This document shows, in pieces, positions 1 to 13,750 of a DNA stretch of 64,000 bases. Numbering within the stretch: position 1 is the first letter of the stretch; each line of letters begins with the position of its first letter. This DNA comes from Albugo candida (lineage: Eukaryota): contig JBDOQK010000005.1 in assembly GCA_040437565.1 (NCBI GenBank), positions 496,001 to 560,000 on the forward strand, in the 5' to 3' direction. A program made the translations under genes and the position numbers. The notes under the pieces are model-generated. The model did not search any database, was not told where the DNA came from, and worked only from the letters and a program-made list of their open reading frames with translations.

Positions 1-1364
1 GCACTTATTGTACTCCAATATACAAATGATATTGTTGCTGGGTCTTTGTGCCTGGGTAGTCCTTCTATCTTGTTTTCTGATCAAAGAAAGTCATTGTCAA
101 AGCACGGGATAACTTGCTATATGTACGATTTCTGGAAGTATTAATGCCACGACCCATGTATCAGGTCATTGCTTATGAGAACTTAGCAGGCTTACTTGAG
201 GATCACATTTCGGATCCGATGCAAGCATTTTGGGTGGAGGTGACTTCTAAACTGAAGAAAGTATCCAAAGCAGCTAAGAAATGCGTCTTCGTGCTGCCTT
301 TATACTTTACAGGCAGTATGTATCTCATTGTAACTAGAGATATATCCAAGATTACACCTTGCTTACTGTTGTTGCATTAGATCTTTATCTCTTTCTGCAG
401 TGTGTGGGACGTGCTTCGAAACCACTGGTCGTAGCTGTAGTATATATGCTTAAATATCTGCTTCAGGAAAGTGGCTTTATTTTAGCAGCTTGTGCTTGTT
501 GGATTGTCGAGCAATAAAATGATGCAGGTGTCCACGGTTTGCNNNNNNNNNNNNNNNNNNNNNNNNNNNNNNNNNNNNNNNNNNNNNNNNNNNNNNNNNN
601 NNNNNNNNNNNNNNNNNNNNNNNNNNNNNNNNNNNNNNNNNNCAAGCATTTTGGGTGGAGGTGACTTCTAAACTGAAGAAAGTATCCAAAGCAGCTAAGA
701 AATGCGTCTTCGTGCTGCCTTTATACTTTACAGGCAGTATGTATCTCATTGTAACTAGAGATATATCCAAGATTACACCTTGCTTACTGTTGTTGCATTA
801 GATCTTTATCTCTTTCTGCAGTGTGTGGGACGTGCTTCGAAACCACTGGTCGTAGCTGTAGTATATATGCTTAAATATCTGCTTCAGGAAAGTGGCTTTA
901 TTTTAGCAGCTTGTGCTTGTTGGATTGTCGAGCAATAAAATGATGCAGGTGTCCACGGTTTGCGGAATAACATGTCGATTCTTAATCTAGAGAAAGTCGT
1001 TCCACGTTCGTAATACGTGTCGACTGTATAGAGAATAGAATTCTTCGTCTTTCCGCATTATATTTGTTATCGATCGTACCGAGACAGCACGCTGAGGATA
1101 AGCACATGAAAGACAAGGGAGAGCTGCAAATGGGTGGGAGCATATACCATCGATATTTGTCGGTTGGCCGGATTCATTCCACTGCGGCCAATTCCTTATT
1201 CATTCATCCGACAATTACACACTTGAAATTCGTCGGGTGAAAAAGGATGTGAATGACTTCGACTTGTGCGTTCCTCGCGCAGTCGTGTCTACTTTGGAAA
1301 CCGATTAGTTCTCGCGTGATTAGTAACAACAGTACAAGGTACGGCTGACAGGGCGCTTTGTCTT

Positions 1365-1905
1365 TAATTATTTGGCCCACTCGGATAGATTGACAAATTC
1401 TCGCTGGTAGCGCCATTTTTTATGCGTAAATTTAATCAAGGTTTCAGTTGCATAGTCCAATTTTGGATCATTTGCATAATCGCTACATTTTCAAGGTCAC
1501 ACTTCTTTGCGACATCGGAATTGTAACTACAGTGCGTAAAGACAGGGGAGGTGGAATCACTGAAGGGGCTGTGATCGACGCTGCTGGATCAGTATCCTGA
1601 TATTGGGCAGGCTGACTACTTTTAGCGCAGGCTACAGATATCACAGACTGCGTACTTGTTATTATATCCCTTCAGGCAGCTGACACACAGTTGTGCAGCG
1701 TTTGCATAGTGAAGAGTTCGAAACAAGCAACTTTACCCCGTTCTATAAGATTCTCTACATCGCTCTTCTACGCAATGTAGCGGCTTCAGATCATTTCAGT
1801 GTACGCGGGTCCCGAAACAGATTGACGATGTCTCTCTCATCCACAAATTCTGTGAAAATGGAAAGGATAGAAGGAAAACTGCTTATATTCTGCTTTTGCT
1901 TGATG
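1365..1905 (-). CDS. Possible small multi-exon hypothetical gene (ends uncertain)
   Basis: GT-AG introns at about 1804-1768, 1736-1680 and 1655-1616 join an open frame EFVDERDIVNLFRDPQERCRESYRTGCLKGYNNNQPAQYQDTDPAASITAPS. No homology recognised, and the splicing was fitted by hand. Confidence 0.25.
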
Positions 1906-2012
1906 CATTCGTCAATATGTTACCACATCGATCATATCTGAATGTAATCTCTATTGACCGACCAATTTAATAATAGTAGCAGTGTGACACAATATACTAG
2001 GACTTGAGAATT

Positions 2013-3627
2013 ATGACACTGTCTGTGTTTCGGAATCGTGCGCAAACGAAACTGCGTCTTCTTACCACGTGTTCATCTTGTAAGTGGTCATGGTATTCCA
2101 CGAAACAATCGAGTAGTTTGGTTTCAGCGAATTCAGGGAAAATTCATAAAATGGAGTTGATGCCTGAAGAAATTGTTGCTGAACTCGATCGACATGTCAT
2201 TGGTCAGAAAGAAGCCAAACGTGCAGTGGCAATAGCTCTTCGCAATCGCTGGAGAAGACGTCATATCCAAAATGACAATCTCAGGGCAGAAGTTTCACCA
2301 ATGAACATTCTGATGAGTGGCCCCACTGGCTCCGGAAAAACTGAAATTGCTCGGCGTCTTGCTAAGATGACAGATTCACCATTTCTAAAGGTAGAAGCAA
2401 CAAAGTACACAGAAGTAGGAATATATGGCGCAAGTGCTGAATCGATGATTAAGGTTTGTCTCAAATGTATTATACGATACTCGCAACGCTCATTTTACGT
2501 GTAGGATCTCGTGAATGTTGCAGTCGACGCGGAGCGCGAAAAAGCTCGAAAGCACTGTTCTATGGCAGCGCGGGACCGAGCACTCGATAGACTGGTGAAG
2601 AGTATAAGTGAATCGTCATCGAGCCTAAAATCCCGCCCAAATTTACGTGAGGATATCGAATTCGGGCGACTTGACAATGTTATGATAAGTATCCAACTGC
2701 GCAATTTTTCCAGTCGACCTAAAGGAACTAGAGGAAGCATGGTACGAAAAAATGACAATTCGCGGTCTTGAAATGGTACTGGATACTGCGTTTTCATAGG
2801 ATATGATGATGGAAATGCCTCCAGAGTTTGAGCAAATGATGAAGAGCCTCAATTCAATGGTGCACAAGCACGCAAACCCTTCCTCGAATGAGGAAAGCAA
2901 TCCTTTCTCAAAGACTGAACGCCTGAGCGTTAAAGACGCATTTCAACGACTGGAATTTGAAGAGGCAGAGGATATTATAAATGAAGACGAGGTGATTGAA
3001 AACGCAATCGAAAATGTTCAGAATAATGGCATCATATTTCTTGATGAGATCGATAAACTTGCAGAAGGAAGTGATTCGTCCATAGCAGGTCGTGGAGGAG
3101 GTCACTATAGAAAAGGTGAGGGAGTGCAGAAAGAATTACTGGCTTTGACAGAAGGATGCGTGGTGAGTACAAGACAAGGATTGATTCACACGGACCACAT
3201 CTTGTTTATAGCCAGCGGAGCGTTCCATAAATGTGATCCGTCGGACCTGATACCAGAATTGCAAGGTCGACTTCCAATTCGCGTCACGCTTTCCCCACTA
3301 GGAGCTCCTGAATATCAACGCATTTTGAAAGATACCGAGTACAATCTATTGCAGCAAACACAGGCGCTTTTGGAAACCGAAGGTATTCAGCTGTTTTTTA
3401 CTGATGATGCGATCGTTGAAATGGCCGCTATCACCGCACAAATCAACTCGCAAAGCGACGATATTGGTGCACGTCGATTAAGTACAGTTGTGGCAAAAGT
3501 CACCGATAAAATCTCGTTTCATGCATCAAGAATGGATGGCATGACGCATCGCATCGATAAGGCTTATGTCAGGCAACGCTTGAGTTCCGTCATGGAAAAA
3601 ACGGATTTGAGTAAATACATTCTCTAA
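2013..3627 (+). CDS. hslU: HslU/ClpY ATP-dependent protease ATPase subunit, probably mitochondrial; 3 exons (introns 2454-2504, 2742-2799)
   Basis: [32 protein letters not shown], Walker [16 protein letters not shown], Walker [32 protein letters not shown] and C-terminal DLSKYIL. The Arg/Ser-rich N-terminal extension resembles a transit peptide. Confidence 0.95.
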
Positions 3628-3960
3628 CTGGATACCAGTCGACATTGAAGCATCCGCGCACTAGCAATCTACGTATTTGCTGACTCTGTGGATTCCGTCT
3701 GATTTGTAACTATCCGTATTGAATAGATTATTCTCATCGTTGCAATGTTTCAGCTAAATTCTAATTACAACATACATTTTGGCAGAGTGGCAACCGGATA
3801 CATTATTTTATAAATGGCAAACGTGTTGCCATTGAGATTTAAACGTATCTGCACATCCGACACTCGCTTTCGTATCGATACAAAAGCTACACGATTCCTT
3901 TGATGGAGTAAGGTCAGCAGTAATGTAGACCACATCAACACACTCGATCCACTGGACTTG

Positions 3961-4993
3961 ATGCAATCGCCACAATTGAACGAAGATGTCATCGGACCAA
4001 TTCCCAACTCAATGTGGGAAATCCAAAACAAAGTGATTGAAGAAGGATCTCTGGTAATCCTGTACGAAAACCACACATCTTTGGCTTATTGTTACGTAAA
4101 GCGTCAAGAGATATTTCAAAATCGTCACGGTGCATTTCACCATAATGACATGATTGGAAAACAGTTTGGCAGCACGCTTGTATCACGAAAAAAAGACTGT
4201 AGAGGATACATGATACTACTTGCACCTACGCCAGAGCTCTGGAGCCGTGCATTACGCCATCGAACGCAAATTGTATTCACTTCGGATGCGAGTGCGATAA
4301 TATTTCAGACATCCTTAAAATGCGGATCACGCGTACTTGAGGCTGGAACAGGTAGCGGTGCGCTGACTACGTCTTTTGCCAGGACCGTGGCACCCGATGG
4401 TCATGTTTATACTTTTGAATTCAATGCCACGCGGGCTGAGATTGCATCCAAAGAATTTGACTGCAACGGGATGAAGAATCTTGTCACTGTCAACTGTCGT
4501 GATGTATGCTGTGATGGATTTCCCGATGAATTGATAGACTCAATTGATATGGTGTTCCTGGACTTGCCTTGTCCATGGAAAGCTATACCTAACGCAACGA
4601 AGATGCTCAAGGAAGGTGGTCGGTTTGCATCATATTCACCTTGCTTGGAACAGGTGCAAAAGACATGTGATGCGCTGCAGGAGCAAGGATATGAATGTAA
4701 GTGACATGGATGCTGCATGTAATGCTTTCGTTAGGTCACAAAGCATCTTCGTAGTGATCAAAACTATGGAAACGCGTGTGACTCCATTCAGTGTACGAAA
4801 TGCCGACTCAAAGATTCTAAAAACTCCCGTAGAAGTCAGACTGGAGACCAACGAGTCAACGAATATCGAGCGGCTGAAGAAACGGCAGAAGCATTATGAT
4901 ATTCAGACGGTGCAACATCTTGTAGCAAAGAAAGATGATGAAATACGCGGACACACAGCCTTTCTGACATTTGCTTGCAAGTTCTTCTCATGA
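3961..4993 (+). CDS. TRM61: tRNA (adenine58-N1)-methyltransferase catalytic subunit; intron about 4697-4754
   Basis: PTPELWSRALRHRTQIV, VLEAGTGSGALT, FLDLPCPW, SYSPCLEQVQKTC; the last exon ends GHTAFLTFACK. Confidence 0.95.
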
Positions 4994-7758
4994 GATTATA
5001 CTGCAGTGTGATTTTGCTTATAGAATCCCAGCAAATCCTTCAGAAGCAATGCCCACTTTACCGAAATGATAATTCCATAGCAAGAAGCCATGTAGTCAGT
5101 GAACCATTCAAGTGTGGCCTTACATTGCTGTGTCGGAACTTAGTAACACCCTACGCAATAAGAAATACGTTATATCATATCAGCATATGCTCCCGCTCAG
5201 TTGACATTCAGCGCGTTGAATTCTGATTCACGTGCCCAAGACCTTCTTTAAAGGCAATAAACGGACTGAGCTTTGTAGTTGAAAATTGTATCTTTCACCA
5301 AACACATTGAGTTTCGTTGATTGTGCAATTGCAAAAAAAGATTGCAAGCTTCTAGGTCACGAGCAGAGTTGAAGACTGTATTGTACGATCTGATTTGTAT
5401 CATTGTGATTAAAGAGCATATCGTCGACTTGCTACTGTTTGATGAGTCCAACGCAAGACGGTCTTACAGCTTGTAGAAAAGATTTTTCCATTATGCTGAG
5501 GAAGCTNNNNNNNNNNNNNNNNNNNNNNNNNNNNNNNNNNNNNNNNNNNNNNNNNNNNNNNNNNNNNNNNNNNNNNNNNNNNNNNNNNNNNNNNNNNNNN
5601 NNNNNNGATGAGTCCAACGCAAGACGGTCTTACAGCTTGTAGAAAAGATTTTTCCATTATGCTGAGGAAGCTTTAAAAACTAAGGAGCCTGAACTACTCC
5701 ATATTTATAACTAAACGCATCCAAACGATCGTATTTTACATGAGCAAAGACAACCATAGCTTTTTCTTTCTTCGATGCTTTACGTTGTGACGTAACGTCT
5801 CAGGAATACATTCTGCTTGAAGAGCTCCTTTAATTGGAATAATGTAATTACATCACAAGAGCTGTACGCAGCGACACGTGATTCAAACTCATAAAAATGG
5901 CGATGTGATGTAAAATCTTTGAGGCAAATTCAACTCGAAAGCGTCGAACTTCAGCTCTTGGTTTCACATCTCGCGCTAGGATCAGATTTTTTTCATTCTA
6001 CACTAGATTTATCAAATGGTGCATGGGAAATGTATCACAGCCCTTGGACGTAATCAACTCCATCTCTCTTTGATCTTGTCGTATTGTTTCAGACTATTCC
6101 AATTTACGTGTCTCATGATGCGTGTAATGTGGCAGATCAACGCAACTATGAGTTACACACTTGATAATTTCCTGATTCATGAATAGATTGCTGTGACTCC
6201 AATAGTCAGCAATCTTAATAATGAACTCTTACGCTTGATTGAAAACTCTGCTTTCATTCATGCGGATACTATGTCGTAATTTGTGAGTAGCATTGAATCG
6301 TCCGGTAATGGACTCTGCCAAGTGATCTAATATTCATTTAATAAAGTGCAAATAACTGATCTATTTACTGCGTTCACTTTGCTTCAATTTCTCTCCTAGC
6401 AAATAGCCTGGAAATAGCTCCTTTCCAATCCCTGGTCGCCGAGACATTATGATCGAAACACGAACTCCGTGTTTTTCTTGCGTTCTACCACATACCTGGA
6501 ATAAATACCCTGTAAATGATTTCTCCTGCTGCTACTGGATTGTCACTGCTGTCGTCACGCGCATAAAAGGCTTGCATTGGACTCGAAGCTTTTCGCGTTT
6601 CAGAATTCTGTCTTCTTGCAGCTATGGATGTACACTTGAAGCGAGCCAAGAATTTTTTCTTCTCATTTGCAGGTAGAAAATGTGAACATTGCACATGGAA
6701 CAAACTATAATGGATGATAACTCAAATGCGATGTGGTGGACATCCACAGGGACGTGATGATTTGCTCCTTGCGAAGAAAAATATATGGCAGCATTCCGAC
6801 TAGGTATATCGCTCTGGTGACGAATGATTCAAATGAAATCACACATGCGGAAAAAATCTATAAAGGAAAGCAGACTGAGATGCTTGGGTATTGAAAAGAG
6901 TTTGAAGAGATTACCCGTCGCACGACAACTCGTTTGGGAAAAAGCATTTTCACCGCTTTCCTGCGATCGTGATAATATGAGAAGTTATTCCTTAACTTGT
7001 TGTTTGACCTTTGTGAAACGAAATCAAACGAACGGTTTAATGAGATTGTGAAGACTCCAATGTAAATAAACACTTCCCAGCACAATGTCGCATATTCGCC
7101 CAAAATCCTCCCGCACTTTTGGCCAGAGTAATGTCATAAGGAAAGTTGCCTTAGGCTACACATTATTTCCAAAATAAAAGATTGACCGTACATTGTCACA
7201 AACAAAAGACTTGTAATCCAAAATTATTATAGCAAGAAGCCATTGACCAAGAGGATATGTGTACCGGTCCTTTTGTTCATTTTCTCTCGTGAGCCTTTAG
7301 GAGTATCGAAAATGTAGATCATGTTGATTGAGACGCAATGTAATCTTCGTCTTTAATCAAACTGGTGCTGATTGTAGGCGCAGAGTCTGATTGAACCGAG
7401 TTTGTAAGTTAGTCTGTATGAAGGGATCTTGAGTTCAGCATTCCGCTATCGGGGAGAGTCCACTGGTTCACAGTTCCATTGCTCGTTTTTTATCAAGCGA
7501 TAATCGATAAGTGTACGGCTGCGTGATGACGCATAATACGATTTCCAATCGATGCGTTCAGATATGAAGAAGAAAGGTACAAATAGTAAGATACTTAAGC
7601 CCTGATCCAAAGGAGTCAGTACAGTCGAGCTTCTTGAGCAATATTATACTCGCCGTGTATTTTATTTTAGCTTGATTTGCGCCCAATCGACAAAACGCGC
7701 TGCGCGGAATCTTTCCATACTTTAAAGAAGTCATAATTACAGCTATTGAACGATACGC

Positions 7759-10700
7759 ATGAGCGTCATGAGACCGTATGCTGTATTTCTGTCAAAATGA
7801 AACTCTCCTGACATTGATCTTCACACATTAGCCGCGGACCGCCTCCGGGTCCACCTCCTGGAGCTCCACCGGGAAGAGGACCGCCAGGAACTCCACCCAG
7901 CAATCTTCGTGCAGGAGACTCAGCTTACCCACAGTCACGCGGACCACCGCCAAGAGGACCTCCTTCAGGTCTGTAATCACCCACATTTTTCCAATTGTTC
8001 ATGACAGAGACATCTGAGTAGAATTACTTGCAAAACGGGAAGCCTCATTGGGCGCATTCGTCTCGAAAGAATCGTCCGAGAATGATGTTGGAAATGGAGC
8101 TGGTGAGTCTGACTTTCCACCTGTTTTTTAATGACTCGGACGATTTCTTTTAGCGAAAAGACTTGTTCCTCCACTCACTCTGTCAGGTTGGCTTCACATC
8201 AGCATCCTGAGCATCGCTTCTCATGCAATGTGATAGGGTCTGCGGCTACCTTAGTACCAAGTAGTGTATCAGGTACAGGTGACTAGCACGACGTGAGCGT
8301 AGCTATAGTGCGTGTTTAGGACAGCCGCGAGCGAGAGCACCACCATCAGAAGCTCCTCCAAGATTTCTCCCTCCGAGCGGTATTGGACCGCCTCGTGGTC
8401 CTCCTCCAAATATCCTACCAGCCCGAGGTCCTCCCTCTGGATTACCGCCAGGAAAAGCACCCCGAGGCGGCTCGATCAACATGCCAATGCGACTTGCAAG
8501 AGGTCGTCCGAGCTCTGCATGGACAGCTGAAAGTGAATCAAAATTAGAAATTCCAGTCGAGGCGAGCGGTATTCAAGCTCAACACCTAAATGTGTCATCA
8601 TAATGGACTCTGATTTTTTAGCTACCCTGAGCAAGGTTCCGGAAATCAAGAGCACTGCAGGAATCTCACCGGAAATATCACCAGCTAGTATCTCGAAAGC
8701 TAAAGACTCCCCGCTTTTACCAGAAGCATTTCTCAAATCGGGAGATGTACATCCTCAAGGTGCCTCAGGTGCATCAACAGCGCCTCTAACCATCTTCAGA
8801 TGATACTAAGCATAAAATAACATAGGAAAACCATCAAGCAACATTTTCGAGCGATTTGGAAAACTTCATATTCGAGTTTTACGAGCGATTGATTTGAAAA
8901 AGATGGGAATGCTTGACAGAGCTGATCCGTATGTGAAGCTCACTATCGGGTCACAGAGTTTTCAGACGCAGACGCATGTAAAAGGAGGACGAAACCCGGA
9001 ATGGCATCAAGACTTTGAATTCAATCTCTCCACCGAGAAAGACATCGTCATCGAGGTGTTCGATGAGGAACAAGGAGTTAGAGATCGATTCATGGCCAAG
9101 GCTGTCGTTCCAATAGAGTCTTGGATTTCAAAAGGTAAATTTGACGGCGACATCAAACTACTTGATGCCGAGAGAGAACCAAATGGGCGATTGCTATTGT
9201 CCGTGCGATTTACAAAGCCGTCAGCAGTGCAGAGTACAGGATGGACAGCCCCACCCGATCTCCCTTCTGACGTTTCCAAACAATTTGATATTGTATCATC
9301 AGAGACAGAGCCAACAAGGGATCCGAACGGTGCATTTACAGATCTAGAAATTCTGGAAGCTTTCAAGGCATTCGATCTTGATCATAACTCATACGTCGGA
9401 GCTGCAGAAATACGTCATGTTCTCATCAATATCGGTGAAACCCCAACGGACCATGAAGTTGACGAGATGATTCGAATGGTTGACAACGACGGTGATGGCC
9501 AAGTCAGTTTTGTAGAGTTTTATTCTATGGTCACCAAAGGACGACGACCGCCGCCGGAACTGATCCTTCGCGTATCTCAGCCCAAAAGCTCCGTCCCGCT
9601 ATCAAATGTACAACAGGCCACTACGCCTGGCGCACAAGCGATACAAATGCGAAATGAACGGCGAATCGCGCTGGAAACATTCGCTCTTGGAAATGGGTTC
9701 CACTTGGAGTCTGTGGGGAATGCGTACAAACGCTTCCAAACGCTCAATAAAGACGGAAATGGACAGATCGATTTCCCCGAATTTTGTNNNNNNNNNNNNN
9801 NNNNNNNNNNNNNNNNNNNNNNNNNNNNNNNNNNNNNNNNNNNNNNNNNNNNNNNNNNNNNNNNNNNNNNNNNNNNNNNNNNNNNNNCGATGAGGAACAA
9901 GGAGTTAGAGATCGATTCATGGCCAAGGCTGTCGTTCCAATAGAGTCTTGGATTTCAAAAGGTAAATTTGACGGCGACATCAAACTACTTGATGCCGAGA
10001 GAGAACCAAATGGGCGATTGCTATTGTCCGTGCGATTTACAAAGCCGTCAGCAGTGCAGAGTACAGGATGGACAGCCCCACCCGATCTCCCTTCTGACGT
10101 TTCCAAACAATTTGATATTGTATCATCAGAGACAGAGCCAACAAGGGATCCGAACGGTGCATTTACAGATCTAGAAATTCTGGAAGCTTTCAAGGCATTC
10201 GATCTTGATCATAACTCATACGTCGGAGCTGCAGAAATACGTCATGTTCTCATCAATATCGGTGAAACCCCAACGGACCATGAAGTTGACGAGATGATTC
10301 GAATGGTTGACAACGACGGTGATGGCCAAGTCAGTTTTGTAGAGTTTTATTCTATGGTCACCAAAGGACGACGACCGCCGCCGGAACTGATCCTTCGCGT
10401 ATCTCAGCCCAAAAGCTCCGTCCCGCTATCAAATGTACAACAGGCCACTACGCCTGGCGCACAAGCGATACAAATGCGAAATGAACGGCGAATCGCGCTG
10501 GAAACATTCGCTCTTGGAAATGGGTTCCACTTGGAGTCTGTGGGGAATGCGTACAAACGCTTCCAAACGCTCAATAAAGACGGAAATGGACAGATCGATT
10601 TCCCCGAATTTTGTAATATCTTACAAGTGGATCCAACGCCGCAAAGTGAGAAAGTGTTTCGACTTTTCGATATGAACAAATTGGGTCGCATCGATTTACG

Positions 10701-11048
10701 CGAATTTATGATCGCGCTGTCCAACTTTTCAGGCACAAGCAAGGAAGAAAAACTCAAATTCGCTTTCCTGCTGTTTGATGAGGATGGAAATGGCGTTATT
10801 AGCCGTCAGGAACTTGTTCAAATATTGAAAGCGAATCACATGGCAGGCTCTGAAGCGGAGGTACGTCGACATCTGAGCCGAGAAAATCTTCATTTGCGTC
10901 ATGTTTGCAGGTTGCACGGAAAGCGGATACGATTATGTCGCAAGGAGATAAAGACGGGGACGGAGTGATATCATTTCAAGAGTTTGTGATTGTCAGTCGA
11001 AAGTTTCCCAATATTTTATTCCCAGCGTATCCAAACCTGAAAAAGTGA
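7759..11048 (+). CDS. Pro/Gly-rich N-terminus, C2 domain and multiple EF-hands (calmodulin-like pair, then calcineurin-B-like C-terminus). The middle is duplicated across gap 9788-9887 by the assembly.
   Basis: Spliced N-terminus [21 protein letters not shown]2 domain [28 protein letters not shown]...[10 protein letters not shown] loops [82 protein letters not shown]. Confidence 0.85.
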
Positions 11049-11220
11049 CTAAGAATTCACGGTACTCGGTATTTTGTTCTCAGCGAGTTTACACAGTAGA
11101 GATAATGCAACTAATAAGCGTTAAGAAGTGGTGGTTTATTGTAGTCAATGAAGATAATGTACAGTGTTTGCGTGTTATTTGGTAGCTGCGCTCTGATGAT
11201 AGAACGTTAAATTAGGCAAA

Positions 11221-13669
11221 ATGACTGGACCCCAAGTGATCCAAGTGGTGGAATTCGCATCGGCTCGGGCGTTTGAGCTTCAAACGCTTCATCAGGTCGC
11301 TCACAGCAGCTCTCTTTATTCGCAAACGGATATCAAGCTCTCACAACAAAAGAATCAACGTCGTCGAAGAGCAAACGCATTTCATTCCTATCGAACTCCA
11401 CAACGACTGCGTCACTCGCATCAAAAACGAGTCAAGCAGAATAGTAAGCCTCACAATCGTAAGCTCCGTCGTCAACATCCTCGACTGCTGCATGAGCGTG
11501 CCTTAGCCGCAACAAATGGCTACCAATTAACGTCATCTCAACCACCAATTTTGTTGGAAAAGCAGCTTTTACGGACCCATTTCTGGCATGCAAAGAGAAT
11601 GAAAATGCAGGAGTGTTGGGGATTCCAACTTCCTCGCCATCGATCTGACAAAAGTGTATCAGCAGCGCTAACAGCTCTCCGTAAGTCAGCAGTGGTATGT
11701 GATTTTTCTTATTACGGGATCCTGGAACTTTGCGGGTCTCCTCAGTATATTGACAGTCTTTTACGCTGTGTTTCGGTACGTCACTTCTTGCACCCGGAGA
11801 ATTCTCAGCAGTGATGTTGAGATGTAGGATCCGCTCGGAAGCGATATTCTGGATGAAGACGTACTCTCTGGCCAATGTGAAGGCCGTCTGTTATTATACC
11901 ACTTTCAGACTTTTCCTCGGGCTTTAATAGGACCAGCATCCTTCATGTGGCGGCCTTGCCCTGCTTTGTCTGAGAGGCAGCTCTGGCTCTGTATCCACCC
12001 AGCAGCGTTTGTGGAGTCAGCTTCAGCCATCACAGCTGCCTGTGAGCACATGAATAGCGAGAATCCCCACAATCCAGTCCATCTATTTGATCGTCGGGGA
12101 GAATTGGCTCGTTTTCAACTTCGTGGACGTGGCACCGCGAGTATTCTTCTGTCGCTATGTTCAAAATCGACTTCGGGTACCTTCGTGACGGCTGACTGGG
12201 AGGAGATTCTAATGCACGGGAGAGGGAAAAATTTAGAGGTCCTTCGTCGTGAGTTGCACGATCAAAAACGGAAGAACAAAACACATCCTTTCGACCAAAA
12301 TCAAACAACTTGTGATACAATCTTTCCCGTCATTATCCAAGATCCCCGATGGAGAGAGTCATCCGACGTGAAAACGGAGCAAATGTTATCGCTGATGAGT
12401 GAACCTACGCCACGTGAGATTCCATCAAACATCGTGTATAGTCCTTTAACAGGAGCCGACATCACAGCCTCACTCAACAATTCAGATGATATCGAACCTG
12501 ATGTAGAAAAACTCATGCAAGAGATCACAGATCTATCAGAATGGAAAGGTTATCGACAGGCTCCATCACGAAGTCAGATGGAAGATGCACTCACGGTTGA
12601 CTCCACTCAACATCTCAGTGTGTCGCCACTGTCTTTGCTTTGGTCTTCACGCGGTCGTACTTTTGTCAATTCAAACTTTACACACGATCACACGATGAAT
12701 CAAATTCGATATATTCGTCGACGCAAACCAATGGATTCCAAAGCCCACGTTGATGGATTCGAAATGCATTTGATGTTTATTCGGCAATCCAACTCTGCAT
12801 TTCCTGACCTGAGTGGCTGGGATATCCTTGTGGTTCCATCCTACTCAGTCACGTTACTGGAAGCTCTATCTTCTCGTGGCGCTATGATTATCGGTCTGGA
12901 AGAAAATCACGCTATTTCCACCGTCGGAAATGCTATGAGGTACGTCTCCATTCCATCACCGACGTTTTGACTAAGTTGTGAATCAGCTTCCCGGCAGACT
13001 ATCCGGACACAAAAGCAGGTCAACAATACTGGAGTCAGCGTGCGACGAAAGAGTTTGAGCATAATATGAAGCGGCCGAAAGGCAAACGACTTGTTCCGAA
13101 GAAAGCGCTCGGAAGAGAAAACTTGGATTTTGCTCCGTCGTGGAATGAGCTAGGAGGTGAAAACAGCTTGGAAGCGTGGGTTGTTTTACGGAATAAAGCC
13201 TACATGCAGTCATTCAACTTTATAATGGAGGCTCCGATCCTTCCCACAGCTGTGAAAACACTCGTGCCTGTCATTCTATCTCTTCCTCGTCGCGGATGTT
13301 TTGAGGTCAACATGCGGGTACGTGTGTAGACCACGATTTGCATCAATTCTAATGTGTTCATAGCTATTTCTTCCAAATCTCATGGAGATTGAAAGCTATC
13401 AGGATTCACAATGGCAAGGGACTCAGTTAAGTTTATCACACAGTGTAGACGATCGACGCATTCTGTTGGGATTTGTCACGTCTGCGGTGTATGATCGACC
13501 CAAGGGAAGACATCGTGGCATTGGATTTTGTGGCGCTGATCAACTTCAGTTGTTAGCATCGCTGTCTGGAACCAAGCAAGAAAACTCGTTTTTGGCAATG
13601 ACGTGCTCACAACAATCAGTCATGCTTCGCCCCGTACGTCTTTGCGTTCTCGTGCCACCGATGAGATGA
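11221..13669 (+). CDS. POP1: RNase P/MRP protein subunit POP1, multi-exon
   Basis: EFASARAFEL, RRRRANAF, LRTHFWHAKRMKM..WGFQLP, DFSYYGILEL, LWLCIHPA, GWDILV, and C-terminal LLGFVTS...RGIGF (POPLD-like). Confidence 0.9.
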
Positions 13670-13750
13670 AAATTCGAGTCCATTTTATCGTATGGACCCA
13701 AAGTATATACAAATACTAGTACTATTTCTGGTGCAAATTTGCTTTCGGCT

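Noticed and set aside
1-970. ORF 114-380 with nearby splice-like signals as the 3' part of a gene entering the window
   Set aside because: Possibly real, but I found no recognisable homology or consistent exon chain, and the region is disrupted by a gap duplication.
1560-1676. Possible structured ncRNA (ctgaaggg...cccttcag and ctgtgat...atcacag pairings)
   Set aside because: No SRP, RNase P/MRP or snRNA consensus motifs; the stems are short, and the region is equally explained by a spliced minus-strand gene.
9061-10614. Apparent tandem duplication of C2/EF-hand coding sequence, and similar duplications at every N gap
   Set aside because: Each copy abuts a fixed 100-N gap and is identical or allelic, which indicates unmerged contig overlaps rather than biological repeats.
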